Shown one piece after another: positions 11,021 to 21,700 of a stretch of 64,000 bases of DNA. Made by a program: the position numbers and the translations under genes. The stretch is from assembly GCA_040768745.1 (NCBI GenBank), contig JAXGMI010000001.1, positions 1,312,001-1,376,000 on the forward strand. Reading direction: 5' to 3'. The DNA is from Desulfomicrobium sp. Its GTDB lineage: Bacteria > Desulfobacterota > Desulfovibrionia > Desulfovibrionales > Desulfomicrobiaceae. Every line of letters starts with the position of its first letter. Within the stretch, counting starts at the first letter, position 1. The notes under the pieces were generated by a model. It had not been told where the DNA came from. It did no database searches and saw only the letters and a program-made list of their open reading frames with translations.

Positions 11021-11625
11021 CACTTCTCTTCACCTGTGCGGCCTGCGCCACTCCGGTACGCTGGCCAGCCGTGCCGCCGGCCTCCACCCTGGCTGTAGCC
11101 CACTTCATCCACCCCCAGAACGATTGGGAGCTGATGGCCGGGGTCCTGCCGGAGGACCTCACGCCGGTGAACCCGGAAACGTTGGCCGCCCTGGACGCGG
11201 ATCTGGCCGATATCCTGGAGAAGAGGGGAGTGCATCCGGTCATGCGCGCGGCCATGGTCAGGCAGTGCGAGGAAATCGTTCTGGCGAGCAAGGAGCGGCG
11301 TCGCTTCGAGGCCGTGGAATACTGGAAAGCCGTGGGCCAGTGCCTGCAGACCGAGTTTTTGCTGGTGCCCTACGTCACCCGCTGGCAGGAGCGTCAGGGT
11401 GGAGAGTGGGGTGTGCAGCGTCCGGCCGGGTTGACCGTGGACCTCTACCTCATTGAGGTGGCCAGCGGGCAGGTCCGACGCTATCATTTCGAGGAGGAGC
11501 AGCGAGGTCTGGCGGAAAATCTGCTGCTGGGCAAACGGTTCTTCAAGCGCCATGGGCGCTGGGTCACCCCGCGTGAGATAGCGGCGGATGCGCTGGAAGA
11601 AGGGACGCGGGAGCTTGGGCTGTGA
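11002..11625 (+). CDS. Putative lipoprotein of unknown function
   Basis: Hydrophobic N-terminus with lipobox-like CAAC. Overlaps hisB and hisA. Confidence 0.75.
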   Translation: MRYLLLTLLFTCAACATPVRWPAVPPASTLAVAHFIHPQNDWELMAGVLPEDLTPVNPETLAALDADLADILEKRGVHPVMRAAMVRQCEEIVLASKERRRFEAVEYWKAVGQCLQTEFLLVPYVTRWQERQGGEWGVQRPAGLTVDLYLIEVASGQVRRYHFEEEQRGLAENLLLGKRFFKRHGRWVTPREIAADALEEGTRELGL

Positions 11626-12353
11626 ACATATTTCCGGCCGTGGACATCAAGGATGGCAAATGCGTCCGTCTGCGCCAGGGTGTGGAGGATCAGGTCACTG
11701 TCTTCTCAGATGACCCCTCGGCCATGGCCAGGCAGTGGGAAGGCATGGGCGCCAGGTGGCTGCATGTCATCGACCTGGATGGCGCATTCAGCGGCACTCC
11801 GCGCAACATGGAGCTGATCCGGACCCTTTGTGCAGGTGTTTCCATTCCGGTCCAGCTGGGGGGCGGGGTGCGCAGCGTGGAGGTGGCTGGCAAGTACCTG
11901 CAGGCCGGGGTGACCCGGCTCATCATCGGAACCATGGCCCTGGAAGACCCGAAATTGTTCCGCGAACTCTGCGCTGCCTTCCCGGGCCGCATCGGCGTGT
12001 CCCTGGACGCCCGCGACGGCCGGCTGAAGACCAAGGGCTGGGTGGAGGACGCGGGCAAGACCGTGGCCGATGTCGTGCCAGAACTGGAGGAAGCGGGAGC
12101 CGCGTTCTTCATATACACGGACATCAGTCGCGACGGAATGCAGTCCGGGGTCAACATCCCGGCCCTGGAGGCCCTGCTGGACTTGACGGACCGGCCCGTG
12201 CTCATTGCCGGGGGCATTTCCACCCTGGCGGACGTGCAGGTTGTTTTCCCCCTGTCCCGCAAGGGTTTGGACGGCGTCATCACCGGCAAGGCCATCTATG
12301 CCGGCAGCCTCGACCTGAAAGAGGCCCTGGACTGGCTGGCGGCCCAGGACTGA
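11622..12353 (+). CDS. hisA: ProFAR isomerase
   Basis: [36 protein letters not shown]. Confidence 0.96.
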   Translation: MNIFPAVDIKDGKCVRLRQGVEDQVTVFSDDPSAMARQWEGMGARWLHVIDLDGAFSGTPRNMELIRTLCAGVSIPVQLGGGVRSVEVAGKYLQAGVTRLIIGTMALEDPKLFRELCAAFPGRIGVSLDARDGRLKTKGWVEDAGKTVADVVPELEEAGAAFFIYTDISRDGMQSGVNIPALEALLDLTDRPVLIAGGISTLADVQVVFPLSRKGLDGVITGKAIYAGSLDLKEALDWLAAQD

Positions 12354-12449
12354 CTCCGGAAAAGCTCTCTCCTCTGTTCATCCGCAGCCGCGGGCTGCGG
12401 CCCTGCCCGAAGCCCTCAGGAACGGCAACGCAGCCAGCCGTCCTGAAAC

Positions 12450-12480
12450 GAAGCGCCCGATCGCAAGACCGGGCGTTTTG
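12450..12480. terminator. Probable terminator between convergent hisA and upp
   Basis: AAGCGCCCGATC-GCAA-GACCGGGCGTTTT hairpin followed by a T-run. Confidence 0.6.
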
Positions 12481-12510
12481 ATTTGCATGACCGGGACGTG
12501 CGGGGACCGG

Positions 12511-13137
12511 TCATTTTGTGCCGAAGATCTTGTCCCCCGCGTCGCCCAGTCCAGGCAGGATGTAGCCATGCTCGTTCAATCGCTCGTCCACGGCAGCGGT
12601 GTAGATGTCCACATCCGGATGGGCCTGGGTGATGCGGGCGAGGCCTTCGGGCGCTGCCACCAGGAAAAGGCCGCGGATGCTCGTGCAGCCGGCTTTTTTC
12701 AGACAACGGATGGTGGCGTCCAGGGTCCCCCCCGTGGCCAGCATGGGATCAAGGATGAGGGCCATGCGCTTATTGATGTTCTTGGCCAGCTTGACATAGT
12801 ACTCCACGGGCTGAAGGGTCTCCTCATTGCGGTAGAAGCCCACAACGCTGACCTTGGCCCCCGGAACCAGGTCAAGCACGCCGTCCTGCATGCCCAGCCC
12901 GGCGCGGAGGATGGGCACCACCGTGATCTTCTTGCCCTTGATGACATCCACTTCCACCGGTCCGGCCCAGCCCTGGACAGTCTTCTTTTCCGTTTCCAGA
13001 TCCTTTGTGGCTTCGTAGGTCAGCAGCCTGGCTATTTCCGATGCGAGTTCGCGGAAGTTCTTGGTGCTGATGTCATGCTTGCGCATGAGTCCGAGCTTGT
13101 GCCTGATCAGTGGGTGTTCCGCCACGTATACTGCCAT
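12511..13137 (-). CDS. upp: Uracil phosphoribosyltransferase
   Basis: [42 protein letters not shown]. Confidence 0.97.
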   Translation of the reverse strand: MAVYVAEHPLIRHKLGLMRKHDISTKNFRELASEIARLLTYEATKDLETEKKTVQGWAGPVEVDVIKGKKITVVPILRAGLGMQDGVLDLVPGAKVSVVGFYRNEETLQPVEYYVKLAKNINKRMALILDPMLATGGTLDATIRCLKKAGCTSIRGLFLVAAPEGLARITQAHPDVDIYTAAVDERLNEHGYILPGLGDAGDKIFGTK

Positions 13138-13468
13138 GAGTCCTCCGCATAACGCCCAAGCAGCGCTCGCTCTGGGCGGATTGTGGTAACGTTTTTCCTT
13201 GCTATGCCTCCCGCAGTGTTCAGGTCAAGGTGCATACCCAGTCATCGCGGGGGTTGGACGGGCTGGCCATGCCTGTTTCCTTTAAGCAGGGAGACTCCGC
13301 ATGAAGCAATCGCTCTTTGGGATGAAAGCGGGGTCTCTTTCCGGTTTCCCAGGGTTGACCGGGTCAAACAGCCAGTGAGGTCGGCGGAGTAGAACAAATA
13401 CTAGCACCTTCATCCGCGTTCATGCGCTGGAAGTGAAAGATGCCTGTTGCTGTTCTGTGCCGTAAAGG

Positions 13469-14059
13469 TCATGCAGGCGGATGGGGCAGCCTCTGCACAA
13501 AGAGCTGCCAGAGCTTGTCGATGTTCATGCCGGAGTGGCTGGAAACGAGCAGGGGCGGTTTTTCCCCGTGCAGGAGGCGCTGCCAGGCCGCTTGATTGGT
13601 GTGGCGGGCATTCTGCTTGCATTTGTCCGCCTTGGTCATGACCGGGATGACGTCGACTCCCAGGGAGGTGATGTATCCGATGAGCTCCATGTCCATGACC
13701 TGGGGGGGGAGGCGTGAATCGAGCAGGGCCACCACTCCAATGAGCCAGGAATTGTTCTGCAGATACCTGGCGATGAGCTTGGCCCACTTGTCCCGTTCGG
13801 ACTTGGAACAGCGGGCATAACCGTATCCGGGCAGGTCGACGAGATAGAAGTCTTCAGGACTGACCTTGTAGAAGTTCAGACTGCGGGTTTTTCCCGGAGT
13901 GGAACTGATCTTGGCCAGGTTTTTCCTTCCCGAGAGTCTGTTCAGAAGAGAGGATTTGCCTACATTGGATCGTCCTGCCAGGGCAAGTTGCGGGAGAGGC
14001 ATTTCAATCAGTTGGTCGATGGTGTATATGGTCTTTTCTAAAATTACGGTGCTGGGCAT
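13469..14059 (-). CDS. engB: Ribosome biogenesis GTPase YihA/EngB
   Basis: GRSNVGKSS, STPGKT, DLPGYG, TKADK. Confidence 0.95.
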   Translation of the reverse strand: MPSTVILEKTIYTIDQLIEMPLPQLALAGRSNVGKSSLLNRLSGRKNLAKISSTPGKTRSLNFYKVSPEDFYLVDLPGYGYARCSKSERDKWAKLIARYLQNNSWLIGVVALLDSRLPPQVMDMELIGYITSLGVDVIPVMTKADKCKQNARHTNQAAWQRLLHGEKPPLLVSSHSGMNIDKLWQLFVQRLPHPPA

Positions 14060-14163
14060 GGAACAACGAATTCCTGGGCTAAGGGTTCTTGACGAAATAC
14101 GTACTGATCAGGCAGTGATAGAAAGAATTGTCTTGTTGAGCAATACTTAATTGGAGGCATACT

Positions 14164-14979
14164 ATGCGTGCGGTGCTTGTGATCCTCGGCGCGGTCGTCC
14201 TGCTGGCTGCGTGCACCAAGGAAGTGAAGCTGGTGACGGCCACGAGTTCAAGAGAGCCCCTCGTCGTGTCGGAAAAAGCCACGGTGGAACTGCGGTTGAG
14301 CGCAGCGGACTTGGCCAAGGACCCGGATCCGGACGGGTTCGTCTGGCAAAATTCAAGGGAGGCCGGCCTGTTGAAGGTCTTCAACAAGATCCTGAACAAA
14401 GACCTTCTGGTCACTCCTGTGGACGGGCTGTTCCCGCCGGACATCGACGAAGGGCGGTTCACTTCGACGGGGTTGTTGAGTCAGTCCCGGGATGAGGAAA
14501 CCGGCGACTTCGTGCAGAATTTTCTCGTTTCGACCCGCTTTGTCGGCGATCTGGACCTGGGCGGCCAGATCATCGTCAATGAAGAGGCCAACTACATCGC
14601 CGGCATGCACGACATCGTTTATGCCATGCTCTACAAGACCGTGCCTCCGGCGCTGCCCGCCTACGTGGTCATCGCCGAACCGGCCGAGGAACTCGGGTCC
14701 AGCTTTGCCAGGGTCATCGGCATGGCCGAGGTCAAGCAGCTCATGACCGATACCGTGTCCCTGCCCCAGGAGCAGGGTGGCGCCTCCGGAACCCTGTGCG
14801 TTCTGGAGATCATGGTCAGCGACCGGGAGATAGAGGCCGGGGATCGGGTCTTCCTGCTGACCGTGGACGTGGCCGCCCTGGACAGCCCCCCTGCCCTCCC
14901 CGGGCACAGGGAACTGGAAACCGTGGTGGTTCAGCCGCCTTACTCCGACAAGGTCCAGGAGCCCAGGGAAAAGAAGTAG
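14164..14979 (+). CDS. Putative lipoprotein of unknown function
   Basis: GGAGG RBS, LLAAC lipobox, coding-like codon pattern. Confidence 0.75.
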   Translation: MRAVLVILGAVVLLAACTKEVKLVTATSSREPLVVSEKATVELRLSAADLAKDPDPDGFVWQNSREAGLLKVFNKILNKDLLVTPVDGLFPPDIDEGRFTSTGLLSQSRDEETGDFVQNFLVSTRFVGDLDLGGQIIVNEEANYIAGMHDIVYAMLYKTVPPALPAYVVIAEPAEELGSSFARVIGMAEVKQLMTDTVSLPQEQGGASGTLCVLEIMVSDREIEAGDRVFLLTVDVAALDSPPALPGHRELETVVVQPPYSDKVQEPREKK

Positions 14980-14981
14980 CC

Positions 14982-15431
14982 GTGGACGTCCTGGTCATGA
15001 ACGGTCCCAATCTGGGGTTTCTGGGGCAGCGCCAGCCTGAGATCTATGGGACCCTGGGCATGGATGCCCTGCCGGATCTGGTGGCCCGCCTGCTGGGGGA
15101 GAACGCCCGAAGGATCCGGTTGACGGAGTTCCAGTCCAACTCCGAGGGCGCCCTCATCGACCGTCTGGAAGAGGCCTGGAAGGAGCGCGTGGATGGCATT
15201 GTCCTCAATGCCGGGGCCTACACGCATACCAGCCTAGCCCTGGCCGACTGCCTGGCCTGGATCAAGATTCCCTGTGTGGAAGTCCATCTGAGCAATGTGC
15301 ACGCCCGCAGCTCCCACCTGCGGCACACCAGCCTTGTGGCGAAACACTGCCTCGGGGCTATTGCCGGCTTCGGAGTTATGAGCTATGCGCTCGCAGTCCA
15401 AGCGCTCTGGCAGCACCTGAGCCAGCAGTGA
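14982..15431 (+). CDS. aroQ: Type II 3-dehydroquinate dehydratase
   Basis: NGPNLGFLGQRQPEIYG, FQSNSEG, NAGAYTHTS, VEVHLSN. GTG start at 14982. Confidence 0.94.
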   Translation: MDVLVMNGPNLGFLGQRQPEIYGTLGMDALPDLVARLLGENARRIRLTEFQSNSEGALIDRLEEAWKERVDGIVLNAGAYTHTSLALADCLAWIKIPCVEVHLSNVHARSSHLRHTSLVAKHCLGAIAGFGVMSYALAVQALWQHLSQQ

Positions 15432-15479
15432 TGGCCGTATGCCGGGCATGGACAATCCAACGGAGGAATTGAGGCACGC

Positions 15480-16037
15480 ATGTTAGCTACAAGTGATTTC
15501 AAGAAAGGCAGGAAGATAGAAATCGATGGCGCACCCTGCGAGATTCTGGAGTGCAGCCACTACAAACCGGGCAAAGGCGGCGCGTTCATGCGCACCAAGT
15601 ACCGCAATCTGATCACCGGAGCCGTGGTCGAGCAGAATTTCCGTTCCGGGATCAAGTTTCCCCGGCCCGACCTGGAAGTCCGGGAAATGCAGTACCTGTA
15701 CAACGAAGGCGACGGCTACGCATTCATGGACATGACCACCTACGAACAGATCTCCATCCCGACGGACATCGTCGGGGACAAGGGCGGGTATCTGAAGGAG
15801 GCCTCGGCCTACAAGGTCATGCTCTACGAGGGACGCCCTCTGGATCTGGAGATGTCCGGATCCGTTGTGCTGGAGGTGACCATGACCGACCCCGGGGTCA
15901 AGGGCGACACGGTCACCGGCGCGACCAAGCCCGCCACCCTGGAAACCGGCGTGGTGGTCAATGTGCCTCTTTTTGTGGAAATCGGGACCAGGATCAAGGT
16001 CAATACGGAAACAGGCGAATATCTCGGCCGCGAATAG
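15480..16037 (+). CDS. efp: Elongation factor P
   Basis: [23 protein letters not shown]. Confidence 0.96.
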   Translation: MLATSDFKKGRKIEIDGAPCEILECSHYKPGKGGAFMRTKYRNLITGAVVEQNFRSGIKFPRPDLEVREMQYLYNEGDGYAFMDMTTYEQISIPTDIVGDKGGYLKEASAYKVMLYEGRPLDLEMSGSVVLEVTMTDPGVKGDTVTGATKPATLETGVVVNVPLFVEIGTRIKVNTETGEYLGRE

Positions 16038-16056
16038 CAGACCTGCCCGCAGCACC

Positions 16057-16095
16057 CAAAAGGCCATGGAGAGCGCTCTGTGGCCTTTTGTTTTT
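16057..16095 (+). terminator. Rho-independent terminator after efp
   Basis: CAAAAGGCCATGGAG-AGCG-CTCTGTGGCCTTTTG followed by TTTTT. Confidence 0.75.
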
Positions 16096-16115
16096 GGACA
16101 CCAATACAACGACAC

Positions 16116-18290
16116 ATGACAACTGACGGCAACAAGCTCATGCGCGAGATCAGCGCCCTGATTCTGGCCTGCCTCCTGGCCCTGGTCACGCTGGCCCTCT
16201 ATTCCTATGCCCCGGCCGACCCGGGATTCAACCATCAGGCCATGGCCGGACACAAGACCCAGAACCTAGTCGGCATTGTTGGAGCCTACATGGCCAGCGC
16301 CCTGGTGGACCTGTGCGGGGGGGCGGCCTGGCTGTGGCCGGTCTTCATGGCCCTGGCGGCCGGCGTGCTTTTTTTCCGCCAGTTCCGGCCAGCCTGGTGG
16401 CGCTGGCTGGGCGGAGCCATCCTGTCCGTCATGCTGCCCGTCTGGATCGAACATGGATCAGCCGCCCTGGGATTGTCCGGCACGGGCATGGCCGGAGGGG
16501 GCTTTGTGGGTCGCAGCCTGGAGGGGTTCTTCCAGCGCAACCTGGGCGGATACGGATTTGTGCTGGTGGGGTTGTGTCTGACCCTCATCGGCGCCCGGCT
16601 GCTGATCGGTATCCCGTTTCGCGTCCTGACAGAAAAATTCCACAGCGCCAGGGCGGGACTGGTCAGGATCAGGGAGCGGTTCCGGCAATGGGCAGGGGAT
16701 GAGCCCCCTGCACCCGTGCCAGGGCCGCCACCGCGTCCGGTCAGGGCGGAGCGACCCAAGGCCAGGCCCGTCCCGGCTGAGCCACGGGAGGAGCGGTCCG
16801 AACCGAAGCCGGTGGCCAAGCCGGTCAGGATCGCTCCTGCTGCCCAGGCTGCGGGCGTTCTCCTGCCCCCATTGGACCTGCTGGCCCCTGTCCCGGCCTC
16901 CCGGGTGACGGCATCCAAGGCCGTGCTGGATCGGCAGTCTCAGTCCCTGACCGCTTGCTTCGCCGATTTCGGCATTCAAGGCGAGGTGCAGGGCGTGCAG
17001 CCCGGTCCGGTCATCACCATGTTCGAGTTCAAGCCTGCCCCGGGGATCAAGGTCAGCCGCATCGCGGGCATGGGCGACGACCTGGCCCTGGCCCTGAAGG
17101 CCAGGGCCGTGCGCATCGTGGCCCCGCTTCCCGGGCGGGACACCGTGGGCATCGAGATCCCCAATGAACAGCGCCAGGCCGTCTATCTGCGCGAGATCCT
17201 GGACGACCCGATTTTTGCCGAAGCCAAGGCCCAGCTTCCCCTGGCCCTGGGCAAGGATATCCAGGGCAAGCCCAGAATCGCGGACCTGGCCAGGATGCCG
17301 CACATGCTCGTGGCCGGGGCCACGGGCGCGGGCAAGTCCGTGTGTCTGAACTGCCTGCTCCTGAGTCTCGTGTACAAGCACGACCCCGAGCACGTGAAGC
17401 TCCTCCTGATAGACCCCAAGCGCATCGAACTGGCCGTGTACGGAACCCTGCCCCACCTGGTCCATCCCGTGGTCACGGACATGCACCTGGCCAAGAACGC
17501 CCTGGAGTGGGCCGTGTACGAGATGGAACAGCGCTACGAGGCCATGGCCCGGACCGGGGTCCGCCATATCACGACCTACAACCAGAAGCTGGAGGAGATG
17601 GGGGATGACCGGCCCGAGGATCTGCGCGACCTGAAGCCTTTTCCCTACCTGGTCATCGTGGTGGACGAACTGGCGGACATGATGATGACCGCGGCCAAGG
17701 AAGTGGAAGGCAGCATCGTCCGTCTGGCCCAGTTGGCCAGGGCCTCGGGCATCCACCTCATCCTGGCTACCCAGCGTCCGTCCGTGGACGTGGTCACGGG
17801 CATCATCAAGGCCAATTTCCCCTCCCGCATCGCCTTTCAGGTCAGTTCCAAGCACGATTCGCGGACCATCCTGGACGGGATCGGGGCCGAGCACCTCCTG
17901 GGCCAGGGCGACATGCTTTTCAAACTGAGCGGCGGAGGCGTGCAGCGTGTGCACGGGGCCTTTGTGGGCGACGACGAGATCGCCCGCGTGGTGGGGTTCT
18001 GGGAGAAGCAACGGCCGCAGCGGTTCGAGTTGGATTTTGCCGAGTGGAACACGGGCGGGGACAGCGGAGGGGATGGCAACGGCGGGGCCAGCGACGTGCT
18101 GGACGACCCCAAGTACGCCGAGGCCATCGACTTTGTCACGGATCAGGGCCGGGCCTCCATCTCCATGATCCAGCGCCGCCTGCGCATCGGGTTCAACCGC
18201 GCGGCCCGGTTCATCGAGCAGATGGAGATGGACGGTATCATCGGGCCCCAGGACGGCAGCAAGCCGCGGACAGTGCGGAAAAAAGACTGA
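16116..18290 (+). CDS. ftsK: DNA translocase FtsK
   Basis: 4TM N-terminus, MPHMLVAGATGAGKS, DELADMM, ATQRPSVDV, gamma domain QRRLRIGFNRAAR. Exact start uncertain. Confidence 0.95.
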   Translation: MTTDGNKLMREISALILACLLALVTLALYSYAPADPGFNHQAMAGHKTQNLVGIVGAYMASALVDLCGGAAWLWPVFMALAAGVLFFRQFRPAWWRWLGGAILSVMLPVWIEHGSAALGLSGTGMAGGGFVGRSLEGFFQRNLGGYGFVLVGLCLTLIGARLLIGIPFRVLTEKFHSARAGLVRIRERFRQWAGDEPPAPVPGPPPRPVRAERPKARPVPAEPREERSEPKPVAKPVRIAPAAQAAGVLLPPLDLLAPVPASRVTASKAVLDRQSQSLTACFADFGIQGEVQGVQPGPVITMFEFKPAPGIKVSRIAGMGDDLALALKARAVRIVAPLPGRDTVGIEIPNEQRQAVYLREILDDPIFAEAKAQLPLALGKDIQGKPRIADLARMPHMLVAGATGAGKSVCLNCLLLSLVYKHDPEHVKLLLIDPKRIELAVYGTLPHLVHPVVTDMHLAKNALEWAVYEMEQRYEAMARTGVRHITTYNQKLEEMGDDRPEDLRDLKPFPYLVIVVDELADMMMTAAKEVEGSIVRLAQLARASGIHLILATQRPSVDVVTGIIKANFPSRIAFQVSSKHDSRTILDGIGAEHLLGQGDMLFKLSGGGVQRVHGAFVGDDEIARVVGFWEKQRPQRFELDFAEWNTGGDSGGDGNGGASDVLDDPKYAEAIDFVTDQGRASISMIQRRLRIGFNRAARFIEQMEMDGIIGPQDGSKPRTVRKKD

Positions 18291-18380
18291 TACAGCGCCC
18301 TGTGCGGCGGAGCGTCCCCGGAGGCATCTGTCCTGGACCGACGCAGGCCGCAGTGCCCCAGAGCCCGGCCCCCGCGTCTG

Positions 18381-18629
18381 TCAGGGCGAGAGCGGATCCT
18401 CCACGAGGGCGAAGCGGGGGCAGGTTTTTCCCTCGTGCAGCACATCCTCGGTGAACATGGACAGAGGACGCACCCACAGCCTGCCTTGGCCGTACAGGGG
18501 CCGGTAGACGACCATGTCTTCCAGCCCCTCGCTGTGCCGGGCAACGCCCAGAACCTCGTATTCCCCGCCCTTGAAATGGCGGTACCTGCCGGGCCGGATT
18601 CCGTCCCTGTCCGTCGTTGTGCCGTTCAT
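18381..18629 (-). CDS. DUF1653-like small protein
   Basis: GRYRHFKGGEYEVLGVARHSE...VVYRPLYG...WVRPLSMF family signature. Confidence 0.88.
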   Translation of the reverse strand: MNGTTTDRDGIRPGRYRHFKGGEYEVLGVARHSEGLEDMVVYRPLYGQGRLWVRPLSMFTEDVLHEGKTCPRFALVEDPLSP

Positions 18630-18673
18630 GCCAATACCACCCCGTCTTCCGGGCTGTATGCCCTTGGGTGCCC

Positions 18674-18707
18674 CCTCCCTGCACGTGCCCTCCGGTGTGC
18701 AGGGAGG
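18674..18707. other. 11-bp stem-loop downstream of the GH94 gene
   Basis: CCTCCCTGCAC...GTGCAGGGAGG perfect inverted repeat. Confidence 0.55.
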
Positions 18708-18749
18708 CAGTTTTGCACACGCTTGGATTGTCGCGTCCCGTACCCGGGA

Positions 18750-21700
18750 TCAGCCGCTTTCTTCCTCTTCGCAGGAGAAAATCACTTCTCCGCGCAGGCG
18801 GACTGAACGCACCCGCAGATGGCCGTTGGCCCTCAGCAGGCTTTGATTCAGGCAAGGACGTCCGCCCTCCATGCCGATGCCCAGCAACCCGTAGGCGGCC
18901 CAGAGCATCCGCGCCGCCGCGCCTGTGTACCAGCTCCACCCGCCCCGGCCCGCATAGCCCGGCCCGGAGAAGATGTCCGCAGGCTGCTGGTGCGGTGGGA
19001 GGCCATAGATCTGCACCTCGCCGGCCAGGGCATGGGCCAGGGGCGAGATCTTGAGCCAGACCCGCAGGGCATGCCTGCGCCAGAGTTCGGCCTGGGCCGC
19101 ATCCCCGGCCCGGGACGCGCTGGTGGCCAGGAGGGTCAGGGCATCGACCATCCACGACGCGCCGTGGGAATACTGGGCCCCGTTCTCCCGCACGCCAGGG
19201 GGGTAGTCCGCGATGCGGCCGGGGTAGGGCGAGGAGGACTCGTCAAAAAACGGCGTCAGCAAAAGGACCATGTTCTCCTTTTCCAGCGCCCCCAGACCGG
19301 TCATCAGGGCTGCGGCCCCCTGGGCCTGCTCCACCGCGCCGGACAGGAGGGGCCAGGCCGAGCACAGGGCGTCAACGTAGTCCAGGATTTCCCCCCTGTC
19401 GGTCACGGCCCGGAGGAAATGGTCTCCGCGCCAGGCCCTCTGCAGGGCTCCCTGCAGCCTGGCGGCATGGTCCCGGTACTGGTCGGACCTGTCCTGACCT
19501 TCCCGCGCCTCCACCAGGGGGATCATGGTCCGCAGCACGTCGTAGAGGAAAAAGCCCAGCCAGACACTGGTGCCCTTGCCACCGGGACCCACGGCGTTCA
19601 GCCCGTCGTTCCAGTCGTGGGTGCCCATGAGGGGCAGTCCGCTGGCCCCCAGCCGGGAGAGGGTCAGGTCCATGGCCCGCCTGCAGTGTTCGTACAGGCT
19701 GGCGCTGTCCCTGGACACCCTGGGGGTGAAGGCGATGCCCTCCTCGTCACGGGGGATCCGCAGCCCTTCCAGGAAGGGCACCTCCTCGTCCAGGATGGCG
19801 CTGTCCCCGCTGCACGTCACGTAACGGCAGGTCAGGTACGGCAGCCACAGATGCGGGTCCGAGGCCCTGTTGCGCATGCCCAGACCGGTCTTGCCGTCCC
19901 AGGTCTGATGCCACCACTGCAGCACGTCGCCGTCCCGGAACTGCTGCCGGGCATGGAGCAGGATCTGCTCCCGGGCCTGCTCCGGGCGCAGCAGGATGAG
20001 CGGGAGCACATCCTGAAGCTGGTCCCGGAACCCGTAGGCCCCGCCGCGCTGCTGGGGCCCCAGCCGGCCCCACAGGCGGGCGGTCAGGGTCTGGTACGGG
20101 AGCCAGCAGTTCACCAGCCGGTCCAGGGCCGGGCTGGTGGTCTCCACCTGCATGACGTCCAGGACGTCCCGCCACCAGGTCTTGGTCCGCTCCAGGGCCA
20201 GGAGCACGTCCCCGATCCGGGACAGGCTGGCGATGCGTTCCCGGCAGGCCGGGACGTCCGCCTCCTGACCCAGGAGCACATGCATGCACGCCTCGCTCCG
20301 GGCCGGGATGGTGATGGTTCCGGACAGGGCCGCGGCCCGGTACCCGTCGTCGTCCATGCCTGTGTCCGGACAGCCGCAGTCGACCATGTACGGGTCCTCG
20401 AAGTCCCGCCCCTCGCCCAGGAACCGGCTCAGGCTCGTCTCCGTGACGGTCAGGGCCAGGCTGGAGAAGACAAAGGCGCAGCCGCGGTGGAAGCTGTTGT
20501 CCTGGCGACAGAAGAACAGCGCCCCCAGGGTCTGGTCCGCCTCGGCCTGGATCAGGCCAAGGGAGTCCGAGGCCACCTCGGCCAGGATCATCTGGGCGAA
20601 ATAGGTCACGGTGTAGGTCACGGGCCGGTCGCCCGTGTTGGCGATCCGCAGGACGCGGGCCTCCACGGGCTGGTCGTGGAGGACAAAGGCGGTCAACTCG
20701 GTCTCGATGCAGCGCTGCTTCTTACCGAACACGCAGTATCCGGGTCCGAAGGTGATGTCATACCCGGCGTCCCGCTCCCGGAACGGGACAAAAGTCGGGG
20801 AGGTCAGCTCGCCCGTGGCCGCGTTGCGCAGATAGAAGATCTGGCCCGGGTTCTGGGTGGTCAAGGGGTCGGGCGAAAAGGGCGTCAGCGCGTTCTGCTG
20901 GGAGTTGCCCATGAAGGAGGACATGGCCCCGTCGTTGGTGACCAGGGTGCCGTAGCCCAGTTCGTTGGCCATGAGGTGGGCCCAGCGGCGGGGGGTCCGC
21001 CAGCCCACGTGCAGTTCCCGGCCGTCCTCGGAGAAGCGGAACTCGTCCGTGGGCGCGGGGTGGAGCATGTCCGCCAGGCTTGGCTCTGCGATCTCGCGGA
21101 TGGGCCCCCGGGGCGTGGTCGGATGGACGACAACCGGAGCCTCGGGCAACGCGAGCAGGTCCTGCAGGAGGGCCGTCCCTTCCTCGGCCGAGGGCGCGTA
21201 CCCGTCCACCAGGACGAGGTCCACGACCTGGCCCGGTTCCAGGTCCACGGCCAGCCGCAGGCTGGCGATGGGGTCGAAGGTGTAGTGCAGGTCGAGGTCG
21301 TCCAGGGACCTGGCCGGGGCGGACAGCCCGGCCGGGTCGCGCAGGGAGTCGTCCCCGATGAAGCGGTTGCGGCTGTCCTGGTATCCAACGATCCTGGCCT
21401 GGGCCTCGAAGCCCGGGGGCACGCTGGCCGCATGGAAATAGACCTCAGGCGAGGGCCGGCGCCTCCGCGGATCGGGTTCGGCGGTTTTGACGATCCGGTT
21501 GCGGGCGAAGACGGCCCCGACCTCGGCCACGAACCAGGTGGCGATGTGCTGCCGGTTGTAGAAGGGATGGCGCAGGTGCGGGTTCCTGTCGTTCAGGCAG
21601 ACCTCGCGGTAGGTGGACAGCTCCAGGCTGCGCGCCCTGTCCGTATGGTTGGTCAGGCGCAGGCGGCAGACCTCGGCGGTCAGGTTTTCGGGCAGGTCGA

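Noticed and set aside
13269..13448. 9-bp direct repeat ATGCCTGTT flanking about 160 bp
   Set aside because: No terminal inverted repeats inside, so there is no support for a mobile element.
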